Assembly: GCF_003334305.1 (NCBI RefSeq) | Contig: NZ_QOWS01000020.1 | Reading direction: 5' to 3' (one strand) | From: Escherichia coli | GTDB lineage: Bacteria; Pseudomonadota; Gammaproteobacteria; Enterobacterales; Enterobacteriaceae | Length of the DNA: 64,000 nt | Shown here: positions 11,260 to 22,860 of the stretch, piece by piece | Position numbering within the stretch: the first letter of the stretch is position 1 | Layout: the number at the start of each line of letters is the position of its first letter | Made by a program: the position numbers and the translations under genes | The notes under the pieces: model-generated | The model's database searches: none | What the model was told of the DNA's origin: nothing | The model's input: only the letters and a program-made list of their open reading frames with translations

Positions 11260-11605
11260 TTCACCGGTGGATGTCGGTGCGGCTGGTGCTCCGTCGTAAT
11301 GCCACAAAGGTTGTTGCTCTGGATTGCTCTGTTCATACCGGGAACCTGGCGTCTGAATCAGGATCTTATGGCTGAACAATCCCTTGCCTTCAAATGTCGT
11401 AAATGGCGCATCGGCGGGCAGCAACAGGTTATGCAGTGACTCGACGTTGTCGGCCTGCTCCATGCAATACGGTTTAATGACGTTGGCTATTTCCGGCAGA
11501 TTTTTCGCAAGCACACCGGTTTAACGCCAGCAGCGTGGAAGCGGCGTTACAGCAAGGAACATATCAATTCGTAGTGCCGGGGCGATGAAGCCCCGGCGTG
11601 AGGGA

Positions 11606-12301
11606 TTACTGCCCGTAATAGGCATTGGCCCCATGCTTACGCAGGTAGTGCTTATCCAGCAGTTCGTTTTGCATCGCAGGGAGCTGCGGCGCAAGCTGGC
11701 GCGAGAATAGGCCCATATAGGCGCATTCTTCGAGTACTACGGCGTTATGCACGGCATCGGCGGCGTTTTTACCCCATGCGAACGGGCCATGAGAATGCAC
11801 CAGCACCGCCGGGATTTGTGCCGGACTCCTGCCACGTTCTTCGAAGGTTTCAATGATCACTTCGCCGGTCTGATATTCATATTCGCCGTTAATCTCCTCT
11901 GCGGTCATCTGTCGCGTGCAGGGGATGGCACCATAGAAATAATCAGCGTGCGTGGTGCCCCAGGCGGGGAGATCCAGCCCGGCCTGCGACCAGATGGTGG
12001 CGTGGCGTGAGTGGGTATGCACAATGCCACCGATTTCGGCGTAGCGACGGTAAAGCGCCAGATGCGTTGGCGTGTCGGACGAGGGCTTTTTGCTACCTTC
12101 CACCACCTTGCCGCTGGCTATCTCAACCACCACCATATCGTCGGCGGTCATCACGTCGTACTCGACGCCGGAAGGTTTGATTACCATCCATTGCCGCGTG
12201 TCGTCTACCGCGCTGACATTGCCCCAGGTGAACGTCACCAGATGGTGAGCGGGAAGCGCCAGATTCGCCGCCAGCACGTCGGCTTTCAGTTGCTCTAACA
12301 T
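11606..12301 (-). CDS. sgbE: L-ribulose-5-phosphate 4-epimerase
   Basis: 231 aa class II aldolase/epimerase; last gene of yiaK-S operon. Confidence 0.85.
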   Translation of the reverse strand: MLEQLKADVLAANLALPAHHLVTFTWGNVSAVDDTRQWMVIKPSGVEYDVMTADDMVVVEIASGKVVEGSKKPSSDTPTHLALYRRYAEIGGIVHTHSRHATIWSQAGLDLPAWGTTHADYFYGAIPCTRQMTAEEINGEYEYQTGEVIIETFEERGRSPAQIPAVLVHSHGPFAWGKNAADAVHNAVVLEECAYMGLFSRQLAPQLPAMQNELLDKHYLRKHGANAYYGQ

Positions 12302-13155
12302 ATAAATCCAGCCTCCTGCATACGCGCTTCAATCCAGCGCCGCGCCTGAATGATCTCCAGCACCGGCTCTTTGGCTTTTTCGGTCCACATCTCAATCAGG
12401 AAAGAACCGCGATAGTTCAGTTCATGCAGCGTTTTGAAGATGCCAACGAAATCGACGCAGCCTTCGCCAAACGGCACATCACGGAACTGTCCGGGGCTTT
12501 GCCCGGTGACTGGCTGGGTGTCTTTCAGGTGGATCGCGGCGATACGGTCAATGCCCAGTTTCAGTTCGGCGGGAACATCATTGCCCCAGGCGCTGAGGTT
12601 GCCGACGTCCGGGTAGACGGTGAACCACGGCGAGGCGAGCATCTCGTCCCATTTTTTCCATTTGCTGATGGAGTTCATAAACGCTGTATCCATAATCTCC
12701 ACCGCCAGCATTACTTGTGATGCCGCCGCCTGTTCGACTGCCCACGCCAGCCCTTCAGCAAAACGTTGCCGGGTGCCTTCGTCGTGGTCTTCGTAATAGA
12801 CGTCATAACCTGCCAGCTGGATGGTGCGAATGCCGAGATCGCGCGCCAGGCGAATCGCTTTACTCATGATTTCCCGCGCCCGTTCGCGCACTGCCTCGTC
12901 ACGGCTACCAAAAGGAAAGCGACGATGTGCGGACAGGCACATCGACGGGATCCCAACACCCGTTTCGATCATCGCGGCAACCAGCGAAGTCCTTTGTGCG
13001 GTGCTCCAGTCAAGACGTGAAAGCCGTTCGTCGGTTTCATCCACCGACATTTCGACAAAATCAAAACCGCAGCTTTTTGCCAGCACCAGCCGCTCCGGCC
13101 AGGAGAGATCTTTCGCCAGCGCCTTTTCATAAATCCCTAACGGATGATTACGCAC
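12295..13155 (-). CDS. sgbU: putative L-xylulose-5-phosphate 3-epimerase
   Basis: ORF track extends to 13245; trimmed to GTG 13155 ([14 protein letters not shown]...) which overlaps sgbH stop by 8 nt; 286 aa. Confidence 0.8.
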   Translation of the reverse strand: MRNHPLGIYEKALAKDLSWPERLVLAKSCGFDFVEMSVDETDERLSRLDWSTAQRTSLVAAMIETGVGIPSMCLSAHRRFPFGSRDEAVRERAREIMSKAIRLARDLGIRTIQLAGYDVYYEDHDEGTRQRFAEGLAWAVEQAAASQVMLAVEIMDTAFMNSISKWKKWDEMLASPWFTVYPDVGNLSAWGNDVPAELKLGIDRIAAIHLKDTQPVTGQSPGQFRDVPFGEGCVDFVGIFKTLHELNYRGSFLIEMWTEKAKEPVLEIIQARRWIEARMQEAGFIC

Positions 13156-13810
13156 GCTTGCCTCCCCAGATAGCGTCGATTTGCGCATGGAAATCGCCAG
13201 CCACCTGCGCCGGATTTGCTGAGCCTGCCAGTGCTCGCCCGGCAATAAACGCTTTCACGCGAATATCTTTAAACAGCGGCAGGTCAGCAGGGGTAATCCC
13301 GCCGGTAATGGAAAGCTCAAGGCCGATATCGGAAAGCGCCTTCATGCGTGCCAGATCGGCTTCGCCCCACTGTTGCCCGCTGGCCTGTGCATCACGACCG
13401 TGATGATAAATCGCCTGCCGCACGCCAATACGATGCCAGTCGCGGGCGTCGTCCAGCGTCCAGTTACCGAACAGCTCGATCTGAATTTCACCACCGCAGC
13501 GTTGCGCCATCGCGTGGCCTTTTTCCACCGTCGCGAGCGGTGCGGCGCAGATGATGGTCATCCAGTTAGCGCCTGCGCCAAATGCCTGTTGCGCGAGCGT
13601 TTCACCAGCGTCGGCGACCTTCCAGTCGGCAACGATGATTTTGTCAGGGCACTGTTCGCGCAAGGCTTTCACCGCGCCAAGCCCTTCGTTTAAACAGAGA
13701 ATGGTGCCCGCTTCGACAATATCGACGCTGTCTTTTAACTGCGTCACGTCGCGCTGTGCGGCTTCAAGTGATGAGTGGTCGAGTGCCAGTTGCAGAAGTG
13801 GTCGGCTCAT
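13148..13810 (-). CDS. sgbH: 3-keto-L-gulonate-6-phosphate decarboxylase
   Basis: 220 aa OMP-decarboxylase-like fold protein; overlaps lyxK stop. Confidence 0.85.
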   Translation of the reverse strand: MSRPLLQLALDHSSLEAAQRDVTQLKDSVDIVEAGTILCLNEGLGAVKALREQCPDKIIVADWKVADAGETLAQQAFGAGANWMTIICAAPLATVEKGHAMAQRCGGEIQIELFGNWTLDDARDWHRIGVRQAIYHHGRDAQASGQQWGEADLARMKALSDIGLELSITGGITPADLPLFKDIRVKAFIAGRALAGSANPAQVAGDFHAQIDAIWGGKRA

Positions 13811-15303
13811 AATATGTGCTCCTTGATGCGGGCGTGAAAGCCCTGAAGTGCGGCAATGAGATGCTGATAGCGTTGGTATTTTTGTTGGTAAAGCTGATGG
13901 GCGGTCATATCCGGCAGCAGGGTGCGTACCGGGTGCTGTAAGTCACGTTGAGCTTCGCTGAAATCGCGATAAACTCCGGTGCCGACACGGGCGGCAAGTG
14001 CCGCGCCAAAACAGCCGGTTTCTTCCACCTGCGGCAGCTCGATACGCAGACCGCTGACGTCCGCCAGCATTTGCATCCAGACATCGGAGTGCGCCGGGCC
14101 GCCAGTGACGCGCAGGGTGTGCACATCAGTAAAACGTTCGCGCATCCGGTTGAGGTGGGTCATATGGCTGAACACCACCCCTTCATAAATGGCCTGCAAC
14201 AGGTGTGCGCGGGTGTGAATGGCCTGCATCCCGTAGAAACCGCTGGTCATCTCGAGTCCGGCGTTGCTGCCGTACAGGAACGGCAGGAAAAAGAGATCGC
14301 CACCGGCCTTCGGCAAGCTGGCAACGGCCTGGTTGATCTCATCAAACGAGATTTCTCCCCACTGTGCGGTAAACCATTCGAGGTTGCCGGAAGAGGTGGG
14401 GCTGGCTTCGTGAACGATAAATTCACCATCGTTAACGTAGCGACCATAGACATACGGATGCGCTTCACCGTCACGTAAACCGCGGGTTATGCCGCTGGTC
14501 ACCGCCCAGGTGCCCATCACCGCATTAAGGGTAAATTCGTCTTCGATCCCGGCGCAGAGTGCGGTGGAAACCACATCAAACAGGCCGCCGACAACGGGCG
14601 TACCCGCTTTCAGACCGGTCAGTACGGCTGTCTGAGCGGTGATCTCCCCGCAGATTTCGGCAGATCCGACAACAGGCGGCAGGGCGTGATTGATTTCAGC
14701 AATCCCCAGCCAGTCGGTGAGGCACGGGTCATATTCCCCAAGACTCATGTTGTAGAGGTTGGACTCGGAAATATTGCTCTCTTCACAGCCTTTGACGCCG
14801 GTTAAACACCAGCGCAGGTAGTCGTGCGTCATCATCACGCAGCCAATTTGCGCGTAGCGTTCCGGTTCGTGCTCTTTCAGCCAGCGTAACAGCGACACCG
14901 GATGCCCGGTCCACAAGGTTTGTCGGGTCAACGGGTAGAGTTTTTCCGGGATGCCATCTTCCTGCCAGCGACGAACGATTTCCATCGCCCGGCGATCCGA
15001 GGACAAAATGGCGTTACCGAGCGGCTTGTTGTTTTTATCCAGCAAAAACAAGCCTTTTCCTTGTGCGGAGATACCGATACCGACAATTTGTTCCCCGCTA
15101 ACGCCGGAATGGGTAAGCAGTTCGCGAATGACAGCCATGCAGCATTGCCACAGTTCTGCCATATCGCGCTCTGCCCAACCTGGCTGCGGGCTTAATGCGC
15201 ACAGCGGCAGGCGCTGCACGCCTGCCTCCCGGCCTTCGCGGTCATACAGCCCGGCTTTCAGCCAGCTACCGCCACAATCTAACCCCAGCCAGTATTGCGT
15301 CAT
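13807..15303 (-). CDS. lyxK: L-xylulose / 3-keto-L-gulonate kinase
   Basis: 498 aa FGGY-family sugar kinase. Confidence 0.85.
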   Translation of the reverse strand: MTQYWLGLDCGGSWLKAGLYDREGREAGVQRLPLCALSPQPGWAERDMAELWQCCMAVIRELLTHSGVSGEQIVGIGISAQGKGLFLLDKNNKPLGNAILSSDRRAMEIVRRWQEDGIPEKLYPLTRQTLWTGHPVSLLRWLKEHEPERYAQIGCVMMTHDYLRWCLTGVKGCEESNISESNLYNMSLGEYDPCLTDWLGIAEINHALPPVVGSAEICGEITAQTAVLTGLKAGTPVVGGLFDVVSTALCAGIEDEFTLNAVMGTWAVTSGITRGLRDGEAHPYVYGRYVNDGEFIVHEASPTSSGNLEWFTAQWGEISFDEINQAVASLPKAGGDLFFLPFLYGSNAGLEMTSGFYGMQAIHTRAHLLQAIYEGVVFSHMTHLNRMRERFTDVHTLRVTGGPAHSDVWMQMLADVSGLRIELPQVEETGCFGAALAARVGTGVYRDFSEAQRDLQHPVRTLLPDMTAHQLYQQKYQRYQHLIAALQGFHARIKEHIL

Positions 15304-15306
15304 GGT

Positions 15307-16293
15307 TTATTGCACCTCATCCACGGCTTTCAGTAGATCAGCACCCTGCGGAACATCTTTTACAAACATGTCGCGGACCTGAGTACCCAGTGCGTCGCTA
15401 AAGGCTTTGCGGTCGAGATCGGTGATGACTTCCACGCCCGCTTCTTTCATGCCGTCGATGATTTTTTGCTGATCTTCGGCAACCAGTTTGCGCTGGTAGT
15501 TACCCGCTTCCTGCGCAGATGAAATTAGCGCTTGCTGGAACTCCGGGCTTAAGCCATCAAACTTCGCTTTGTTGATCACCACCAGAAGCGGGGAATAGGC
15601 GTGGTGCGTCAGAGAAAGGTACTTCTGCACTTCGAAAAATTTTGCTGACCAGACGACGTTGATCGGGTGTTCCTGAGCGTCGATAGTGCGGGTTTCCAGC
15701 CCGGTATAGACTTCGGCAAACGGCATCGGGATCGGGTTAGCGCCAAAGACTTTGAATGCGGCGATATTCATCGGGCTATTGTTGGTGCGAATTTTCAGCC
15801 CTTTCAGGTCGGCGGGGGTTTTAACCGGTGCGCGCGAGTTGGTGACATCGCGCCAGCCGTTTTCCCAGTAGGCCAGTACTTTTAGTCCTTTACCTTCAAG
15901 TGAGGCTTTCAGATCATCACCGACTTTGCCGTCGAGCGTTTTATGCGCGTGAGCGGTATCGCGGAACAGGAAAGGGACATCAAGCAAGTTCATCACTGGT
16001 GATAACCCGGCAAAGTTATTCGAGCCGGACATTTCCATATCGATGGTGCCGCCACGTACGCCGCTGATCATCGCCTGCGCGTTACCGAGGGTGCTATCCG
16101 GAAACAATTTTAATTTCAGCTCGCCTTTGGTTCTCTCCTGCAATAAATCATTGAATTTTTTCGCCGCAATATGTTGCGAGTCGGTTTGTGAGGTTTCATA
16201 ACCGAAACGTAAAGATTGCGCCGCCAGAGAAGATGTGCTGAATGCAGCCAGGCCAGCAATGAATAATGCGTAGGTTACAGAGCGTAATTTCAT
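15307..16293 (-). CDS. yiaO: TRAP transporter periplasmic substrate-binding protein
   Basis: 328 aa with signal peptide; DctP family. Confidence 0.85.
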   Translation of the reverse strand: MKLRSVTYALFIAGLAAFSTSSLAAQSLRFGYETSQTDSQHIAAKKFNDLLQERTKGELKLKLFPDSTLGNAQAMISGVRGGTIDMEMSGSNNFAGLSPVMNLLDVPFLFRDTAHAHKTLDGKVGDDLKASLEGKGLKVLAYWENGWRDVTNSRAPVKTPADLKGLKIRTNNSPMNIAAFKVFGANPIPMPFAEVYTGLETRTIDAQEHPINVVWSAKFFEVQKYLSLTHHAYSPLLVVINKAKFDGLSPEFQQALISSAQEAGNYQRKLVAEDQQKIIDGMKEAGVEVITDLDRKAFSDALGTQVRDMFVKDVPQGADLLKAVDEVQ

Positions 16294-16305
16294 AATATTT
16301 TCCTT

Positions 16306-17583
16306 TTAATTAATCCATTTCAAAGGGAGGATGATGAGATCGGGAATAAAAACAAATACGACTAATAATGAATATAAAACCAGGACGTAAGGGAAAACGC
16401 CTCTGACTGCATCATCGAATTTGAGTTTTGCCACCCCTGAAATAACGTTAAGTACATTACCGATAGGCGGTGTAATTAAGCCGATTGAGCAGTTAATGAT
16501 AAACATGACACCGAAATAAATCGGATCGATTCCTGCCTCTTTAACTAAAGGCATTAATACCGGGGTAAGAATTAATACCGTCGGCGTTAAATCCATGACC
16601 ATGCCGACAATCAGGATAGCCACCATAATGACGATAAACAGCAGACGCGGTGAATCGACCAACGGTTGCAGTAAATCAGAAACCATCATCGGCAGTTCAG
16701 CAATGGTAATCAGCCAGGCGGAAACTTGTGCCGAGGCCACCAGAAACATAACCACTGAGGTGGTTTTCGCCGCGCCAATGAGTACATGCCAAAGTGTGGC
16801 GAAGGTCATTTCACGGTAAATAACTGTGGCGACAAACAGCGCATAGAAAGCAGCAACGGCCCCGGCTTCGGTAGGGGTAAACAGACCGGAGCGAAACCCG
16901 CCAATAATGATGACTGGAAGAAACAGCGCCCAGATACCGGAGACAAAAGAGTGCCAGATTTCCTGCATCGTTGCTTTTTGCTGGCGGGGTAAATTAAGGC
17001 GACTGGCCTGCCACCACCAGGTAAGCATCAGCGTTGCGCCCATCATCATGCCAGGGGCAATGCCCGCCATAAACAGCTTACTGATGGATAATCCGCTGGA
17101 AACGCCGAAGATAATAAACGGAATGGAAGGGGGAATAATTGGCGCGATAATGCCGCCAGAGGCAATCAGCCCCGCCGCCCGGTTGACCGGGTAGTTGGCG
17201 CTGCGCATCATCGGCACCAGTAGAGCGGCAACGGCGGCGGTATCCGCAACGGCAGAACCAGAAAGGCTCGCCATAATCATAGCTGCCAGCACGCCGACGT
17301 AGCCCAGCCCGCCTGGTTTATGCCCCACCAGTTTCATCGGCAGGTCAACAATGCGTTTTGACAAGCCGCCCGCATTCATGATTTCACCCGCCAGCACAAA
17401 GAACGGAATCGCCAGCAGGGAGAAGCTATCGGCTCCGTTCACCAGCGTTTGTGCCATGATCTGGACATCAAACATGTCCAGCCAGAACATTAACGCCGCC
17501 CCGCACAACAACAGTGCCCAGGCAATAGGCAAACCGATAGCAATACCACCCAACAGACAGCCCAGAAAAATCAGCACAGCCAT
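16306..17583 (-). CDS. yiaN: TRAP transporter large permease (DctM family)
   Basis: 425 aa polytopic membrane protein. Confidence 0.85.
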   Translation of the reverse strand: MAVLIFLGCLLGGIAIGLPIAWALLLCGAALMFWLDMFDVQIMAQTLVNGADSFSLLAIPFFVLAGEIMNAGGLSKRIVDLPMKLVGHKPGGLGYVGVLAAMIMASLSGSAVADTAAVAALLVPMMRSANYPVNRAAGLIASGGIIAPIIPPSIPFIIFGVSSGLSISKLFMAGIAPGMMMGATLMLTWWWQASRLNLPRQQKATMQEIWHSFVSGIWALFLPVIIIGGFRSGLFTPTEAGAVAAFYALFVATVIYREMTFATLWHVLIGAAKTTSVVMFLVASAQVSAWLITIAELPMMVSDLLQPLVDSPRLLFIVIMVAILIVGMVMDLTPTVLILTPVLMPLVKEAGIDPIYFGVMFIINCSIGLITPPIGNVLNVISGVAKLKFDDAVRGVFPYVLVLYSLLVVFVFIPDLIILPLKWIN

Positions 17584-17585
17584 GA

Positions 17586-18059
17586 TTAAGCTCCTTGCGG
17601 TGGCGACGTTAGAGAATTGCTACGCGTGATGAGTTGATATAAATGACGCAGTTCAAAGAATGCGATAACGAGGCTGGTGGGCAGACAAGCGGCATACATC
17701 AGGCCGATGGGTAAACCGAGGATCGATGAATAATCGCTCCAGTCCTGAATTGTTTTTAGCGTTGCGCCCCAGGCCAGTGCGCCACAAATAAATAAGATTA
17801 AGGAATGGGTAACCAGAGCGACTCGTCGTTGCCATGCGGGGGAGAGTTTCTCCACCAGAAAGGTGACCTGAACGTGGGCGTTATCCATAAAAGCCACAAT
17901 CGCGCCAATAAATGTTAACCAGACAAATAAATAACGTGACAATTCATCTACAGATAAAATGCTTGTCTGAAAACCATATCTTAAAATAATGTTTATAAAC
18001 ACAATACAGGAAAGTACGGCGAGATTAATCGCCAGTATTGCTTCAAGTATTTTTTTCAT
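17586..18059 (-). CDS. yiaM: TRAP transporter small permease (DctQ family)
   Basis: 157 aa, four hydrophobic helices; 2 nt from yiaN. Confidence 0.8.
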   Translation of the reverse strand: MKKILEAILAINLAVLSCIVFINIILRYGFQTSILSVDELSRYLFVWLTFIGAIVAFMDNAHVQVTFLVEKLSPAWQRRVALVTHSLILFICGALAWGATLKTIQDWSDYSSILGLPIGLMYAACLPTSLVIAFFELRHLYQLITRSNSLTSPPQGA

Positions 18060-18176
18060 AGCTATTCCTTGAGGCTATGTCTGTCATAATTCAAGTTGCA
18101 TGTGCAGCAACCTAAATTATTAATATAGTTAGAGCAATAACATTACCCAGTCGTTCTGGCGTAGACGATTATTCGA

Positions 18177-18647
<471 letters not shown>

Positions 18648-18655
18648 TTATCTCC

Positions 18656-19654
18656 TTATAACGCCTGGATTTTGGCCCACACGCTGTCATCAACGGTAAT
18701 ACCGTTACGGCGGTTTTCGGCCAGCAGGGTAGTAAATTCGTGGCCGGGTAAGCGGATGGCCTGGTTTTCGTCAGCGCGTTCAGCGGTAGTAACGTAATCC
18801 ATGATACGTTGCAGCTTGGCATCGCGGGTGGGACCGTCGATAAGCTTGTCCACTTCAATGGCAATAAAAATTTGTGAAATGCCGTATTCGTCGCTGTTGT
18901 CCTGGGTGACTTCGGCAACCGATGCGCCGTCGGAAAGGAGAGTAGCGATCATATCCAGCACAATCGACATGCCAGAACCTTTCCAGTAGCCCATCGGCAA
19001 AATGCGGCGATTCTTCTCGATAACGCCAGGTTCTTTGGTCAAATTGCCCTCATCATCAAAGCCACCATCGACCGGGAGCTGACGGCCCGCCAGGCGGTTA
19101 ACTTCTAACATGCCGTAAGAGAACATCGACATCGACATATCGACCATGGTGATCGGCGTGGAAGGAATGGCGACGATCAGCGGGTTAGTGCCAATGCGAC
19201 ACTCTTTTGCGCCCCACGGCGGCATTACGGCGATGGAGTTGGTCCAGCAAATGCCAATATAGCCTTTTTCCGCCGCCTGCCAGCCGTAGCTGCCGCCGCG
19301 CATCCAGTGGTTGGCATTACGAAGTGCCACCAGACCAATACCGTGATCGGCAGCCAGTTCAATGGCGCGATCCATCATCTTTTTCGCCGTCAGGTTGCCG
19401 ATCGAACGCTGGGCATCCCACTGTTCAATTGCGCCGAGGCTGGTTATACGTTTGGGTTGGGCATCAGGAATGATATCGCCGTTTTCCAGTTGTTGAATGA
19501 AACGAGGGAAACGATTAACGCCGTGAGAATAAACGCCGGATTCGGTGGTGCGGGCGAACATCTCTGCACAGGCGTCAGCCGTTTCGCTGTCAACGCCGCG
19601 TGAAATTAAGACCCGATTAAAGGCTGCTTTTAACTGCTCAAATGTCACTTTCAT
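18656..19654 (-). CDS. yiaK: 2,3-diketo-L-gulonate reductase
   Basis: 332 aa; first gene of operon, divergent from yiaJ. Confidence 0.85.
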   Translation of the reverse strand: MKVTFEQLKAAFNRVLISRGVDSETADACAEMFARTTESGVYSHGVNRFPRFIQQLENGDIIPDAQPKRITSLGAIEQWDAQRSIGNLTAKKMMDRAIELAADHGIGLVALRNANHWMRGGSYGWQAAEKGYIGICWTNSIAVMPPWGAKECRIGTNPLIVAIPSTPITMVDMSMSMFSYGMLEVNRLAGRQLPVDGGFDDEGNLTKEPGVIEKNRRILPMGYWKGSGMSIVLDMIATLLSDGASVAEVTQDNSDEYGISQIFIAIEVDKLIDGPTRDAKLQRIMDYVTTAERADENQAIRLPGHEFTTLLAENRRNGITVDDSVWAKIQAL

Positions 19655-19854
19655 CCCAGGCTTCCTTGTTTTTTTGATCGCTTTTTTGGCTTAAAATTTC
19701 AATATGCGAAACTTGATTTCAAATATATCGATCACTTTTTAACAAAGCAATCTGATTGATGAATTTCAAAAGACATAAAAATCAAGTGGTTATAAATTAT
19801 CTGTCGAGATCGTGAACTACGGCACACTTTGCGCTACCATCAGGACGCGACAAA

Positions 19855-20703
19855 ATGGGGAAAGAAGTGATGGGAAAAAAAGAGAACGAGATGGCGCAGG
19901 AAAAAGAGCGTCCAGCCGGAAGCCAGAGTCTGTTTCGCGGGTTGATGCTGATTGAGATTTTGAGCAACTATCCAAACGGTTGTCCGTTGGCGCATCTTTC
20001 GGAGCTGGCTGGTTTAAATAAGAGTACCGTCCATCGCTTATTGCAGGGATTACAGTCCTGCGGCTATGTGACCACCGCGCCCGCCGCAGGGAGTTACCGC
20101 CTGACTACCAAATTTATTGCCGTCGGGCAGAAGGCGCTGTCTTCGCTGAATATCATTCATATCGCCGCTCCGCATCTTGAGGCACTGAACATCGCCACTG
20201 GTGAAACCATTAACTTCTCCAGCCGCGAAGACGATCACGCTATTTTGATTTATAAGCTGGAACCCACAACCGGGATGCTGCGAACCCGTGCCTATATTGG
20301 CCAGCATATGCCGCTCTACTGTTCCGCAATGGGCAAGATCTACATGGCGTTTGGTCACCCGGACTACGTGAAGTCATACTGGGAAAACCATCAGCATGAG
20401 ATCCAGCCGTTAACCCGCAATACCATTACCGAGCTGCCCGCGATGTTCGACGAACTGGCGCACATTCGTGAAAGCGGAGCGGCGATGGACAGAGAAGAAA
20501 ACGAACTCGGCGTCTCCTGTATTGCTGTTCCGGTGTTTGATATTCATGGGCGGGTGCCGTACGCCGTGTCGATTTCGCTTTCGACATCACGTCTGAAACA
20601 GGTGGGAGAGAAAAATCTCCTGAAACCACTGCGTGAAACCGCGCAGGCTATTTCTAATGAACTGGGATTTACTGTCAGGGATGACCTGGGCGCGATCACA
20701 TAA
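19855..20703 (+). CDS. yiaJ: IclR-family transcriptional repressor of the yiaK-S operon
   Basis: 282 aa; IclR HTH and effector domain; exact start uncertain (several in-frame ATGs). Confidence 0.8.
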   Translation: MGKEVMGKKENEMAQEKERPAGSQSLFRGLMLIEILSNYPNGCPLAHLSELAGLNKSTVHRLLQGLQSCGYVTTAPAAGSYRLTTKFIAVGQKALSSLNIIHIAAPHLEALNIATGETINFSSREDDHAILIYKLEPTTGMLRTRAYIGQHMPLYCSAMGKIYMAFGHPDYVKSYWENHQHEIQPLTRNTITELPAMFDELAHIRESGAAMDREENELGVSCIAVPVFDIHGRVPYAVSISLSTSRLKQVGEKNLLKPLRETAQAISNELGFTVRDDLGAIT

Positions 20704-20804
20704 CGCTTTGGACAAGTGCCAAAACTTTAACATTTCCTTCGTTGGATCAAAGCAGTAGGGACGCGCTCTCTGGCACTCTGCTGTTTTAGTGCAAAGGAGT
20801 GATC

Positions 20805-21278
20805 ATGAACCGGTTTATTATTGCGGATGCGACGAAATGTATCGGTTGCCGTACCTGTGAAGTGGCTTGCGCAGTGTCGCATCAGGAGAATCAGGATTGC
20901 GCTGCGTTGTCACCAGACGAGTTTATTTCCCGTATTCGTGTCATTAAAGACCACAGCTGGACCACGGCAGTAGCCTGTCATCAGTGTGAAGATGCACCGT
21001 GCGCGAATGTCTGCCCTGTTGACGCGATAAGCCGCGAACATGGGCATATTTTCGTTGAACAAACACGTTGCATTGGCTGTAAAAGCTGTATGCTGGCTTG
21101 CCCGTTTGGTGCGATGGAGGTCGTTTCTTCGCGCAAAAAGGCGAGGGCGATTAAGTGCGATCTGTGCTGGCATCGGGAGACGGGACCGGCCTGTGTTGAA
21201 GCCTGCCCGACAAAGGCGTTGCAGTGCATGGATGTCGAGAAAGTGCAGCGGCATCGGCTACGGCAGCAGCCTGTTTGA
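20805..21278 (+). CDS. ysaA: 4Fe-4S ferredoxin-type protein
   Basis: Multiple CxxCxxCxxxCP clusters; start at ATG 20805 (MNRFIIADATKCIGC). Confidence 0.75.
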   Translation: MNRFIIADATKCIGCRTCEVACAVSHQENQDCAALSPDEFISRIRVIKDHSWTTAVACHQCEDAPCANVCPVDAISREHGHIFVEQTRCIGCKSCMLACPFGAMEVVSSRKKARAIKCDLCWHRETGPACVEACPTKALQCMDVEKVQRHRLRQQPV

Positions 21279-21326
21279 AACGTTTTTCCGGCGTTTCTCA
21301 ACGCCGGAATAGTGCGCTTTGTTTAT

Positions 21327-21424
21327 GCCAGATGCGGCGTAAACGCCTTATCCGGCCTACAAATTCTTCCAAATTCAATATATTGCAGAAATCATGTAGG
21401 CCTGATAAGCGTAGCGCATCAGGC
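21327..21424. repeat. REP/BIME element between ysaA and avtA
   Basis: gccagatgcggcgtaaacgccttatccggcctac ... gtaggcctgataagcgtagcgcatcaggc read directly. Confidence 0.75.
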
Positions 21425-21429
21425 AATTT

Positions 21430-22683
21430 TTAGTGACTTTCAGCCCAGGCTCTTTCTATCTCTTCCGCCAGAATCTTCACCCCCGCCTCAATTTTCTCCG
21501 GCTCTGGTACGTAGTTCATGCGCATACATTGATGCGTATGCGGCCACGGTTTATCCAGCCCTGGGAAGAAGTTGTGCCCCGGCACCATCAGCACGCCGCG
21601 TGCTTTCAGGCGCTGATAGAGCTGCTCGGTCGTAATGGGCAAATCCTTAAACCATAGCCAGAGGAAAATGGCTCCTTCCGGTTTATGAATCAGGCAGCGA
21701 TTTTCCGGTAAATAGCGGCGAATGATGGCGATAGTTTCCTGAACACGCTGGTAGTAAAACGGTTTGATGACTGTTTCAGACAGGCGCAGCAGATCGTTAC
21801 GCTTAATCATTTCACACATCATCGCCGGACCAATACCGCCAGGTGCCAGGCTGATAATGCCGTTCATATTGGTGATGGCGGTGATGATTTTTTCATTGGC
21901 GATGATAATGCCGCAGCGGGAGCCAGGCAGCCCCAGCTTGGAAAGACTCATGCACAGCACGATATTCGGATTCCATAGCGGGCGCGCTTCACTGAAGATG
22001 ATACCCGGGAACGGGACGCCATAAGCGTTATCAATCACCAGCGGAATGCCGTGTTGATTCGCCAGCGCGTCAAGCTTCAGCAACTCTTCGTCAGTAATCA
22101 CATTGCCTGTTGGATTCGTCGGCCGGGAGACGCAAATCATCCCGGTTTCTTCGCCAATATGCAGATGCTCAAAATCGACGTGGTATTTAAACTGGCCTTC
22201 CGGCAGCAGTTCAATATTCGGACGCGCAGAGACAAACAGATCTTCTTCCAGTCCGGCGTCAGCGTAGCCAATGTATTCCGGTGCCAGCGGGAACAGCACT
22301 TTTTTGACCCGACCATCGGCACGGCGTCCGGCAAACAGATTAAATAAGTAGAAAAACGCGCTCTGGCTGCCGTTTGTTAGTGCAATATTCTGTGCTTCGA
22401 TATCCCAACCCAACTTCTCGCGCAGCATTCCGGCAAGCAGTGTGAGTAGCTCCGTTTTCCCCTGTGGACCGTCGTAATTGCACAGTGCATCAGTCGCTTT
22501 GCCACTTTCCAGCATGTCGGTCAGTAGCGTCTGGAAGTAGTCCTGCATTTCCGGGATCTGCGCCGGATTACCGCCGCCGAGCATAATCGCGCCAGGCGTG
22601 CGTAAACCGTCGTTCAGATCTTCCATCAGCAGCGTAATGCCGGAGTGGCGGGTAAATTTGTCACCAAAAAGGGAGAATGTCAT
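21430..22683 (-). CDS. avtA: valine-pyruvate aminotransferase
   Basis: ORF track extends to 22788; trimmed to ATG 22683 (MTFSLFGDKFTRHSGITLLMEDLNDGL...); 417 aa. Confidence 0.85.
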   Translation of the reverse strand: MTFSLFGDKFTRHSGITLLMEDLNDGLRTPGAIMLGGGNPAQIPEMQDYFQTLLTDMLESGKATDALCNYDGPQGKTELLTLLAGMLREKLGWDIEAQNIALTNGSQSAFFYLFNLFAGRRADGRVKKVLFPLAPEYIGYADAGLEEDLFVSARPNIELLPEGQFKYHVDFEHLHIGEETGMICVSRPTNPTGNVITDEELLKLDALANQHGIPLVIDNAYGVPFPGIIFSEARPLWNPNIVLCMSLSKLGLPGSRCGIIIANEKIITAITNMNGIISLAPGGIGPAMMCEMIKRNDLLRLSETVIKPFYYQRVQETIAIIRRYLPENRCLIHKPEGAIFLWLWFKDLPITTEQLYQRLKARGVLMVPGHNFFPGLDKPWPHTHQCMRMNYVPEPEKIEAGVKILAEEIERAWAESH

Positions 22684-22860
22684 AGCGGGATATCTGTCGA
22701 ACTCTGTAGCAAGGAAGGTAACAATAACGCTACATTTGCTGGGGTGCAAATCGGTCTGTTGGAGAGTGAGCGGTGCTTTATCCTGCAACGCTGATTAGGG
22801 CTGACATTTTATCCTGGTTGGCGGCTTCCCGAGGTACTGACGAACGGGAAGCCGGAAAAG

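Noticed and set aside
13948-14478. 176-aa plus-strand ORF inside lyxK
   Set aside because: Antisense to lyxK within an operon of tightly coupled minus-strand genes.
19655-19854. CRP and YiaJ operator sites in the yiaK-yiaJ divergent region
   Set aside because: Repeated ttcaaa/tgatttcaaa motifs are visible, but no match to the CRP consensus was good enough to call a site without a position-weight-matrix scan.
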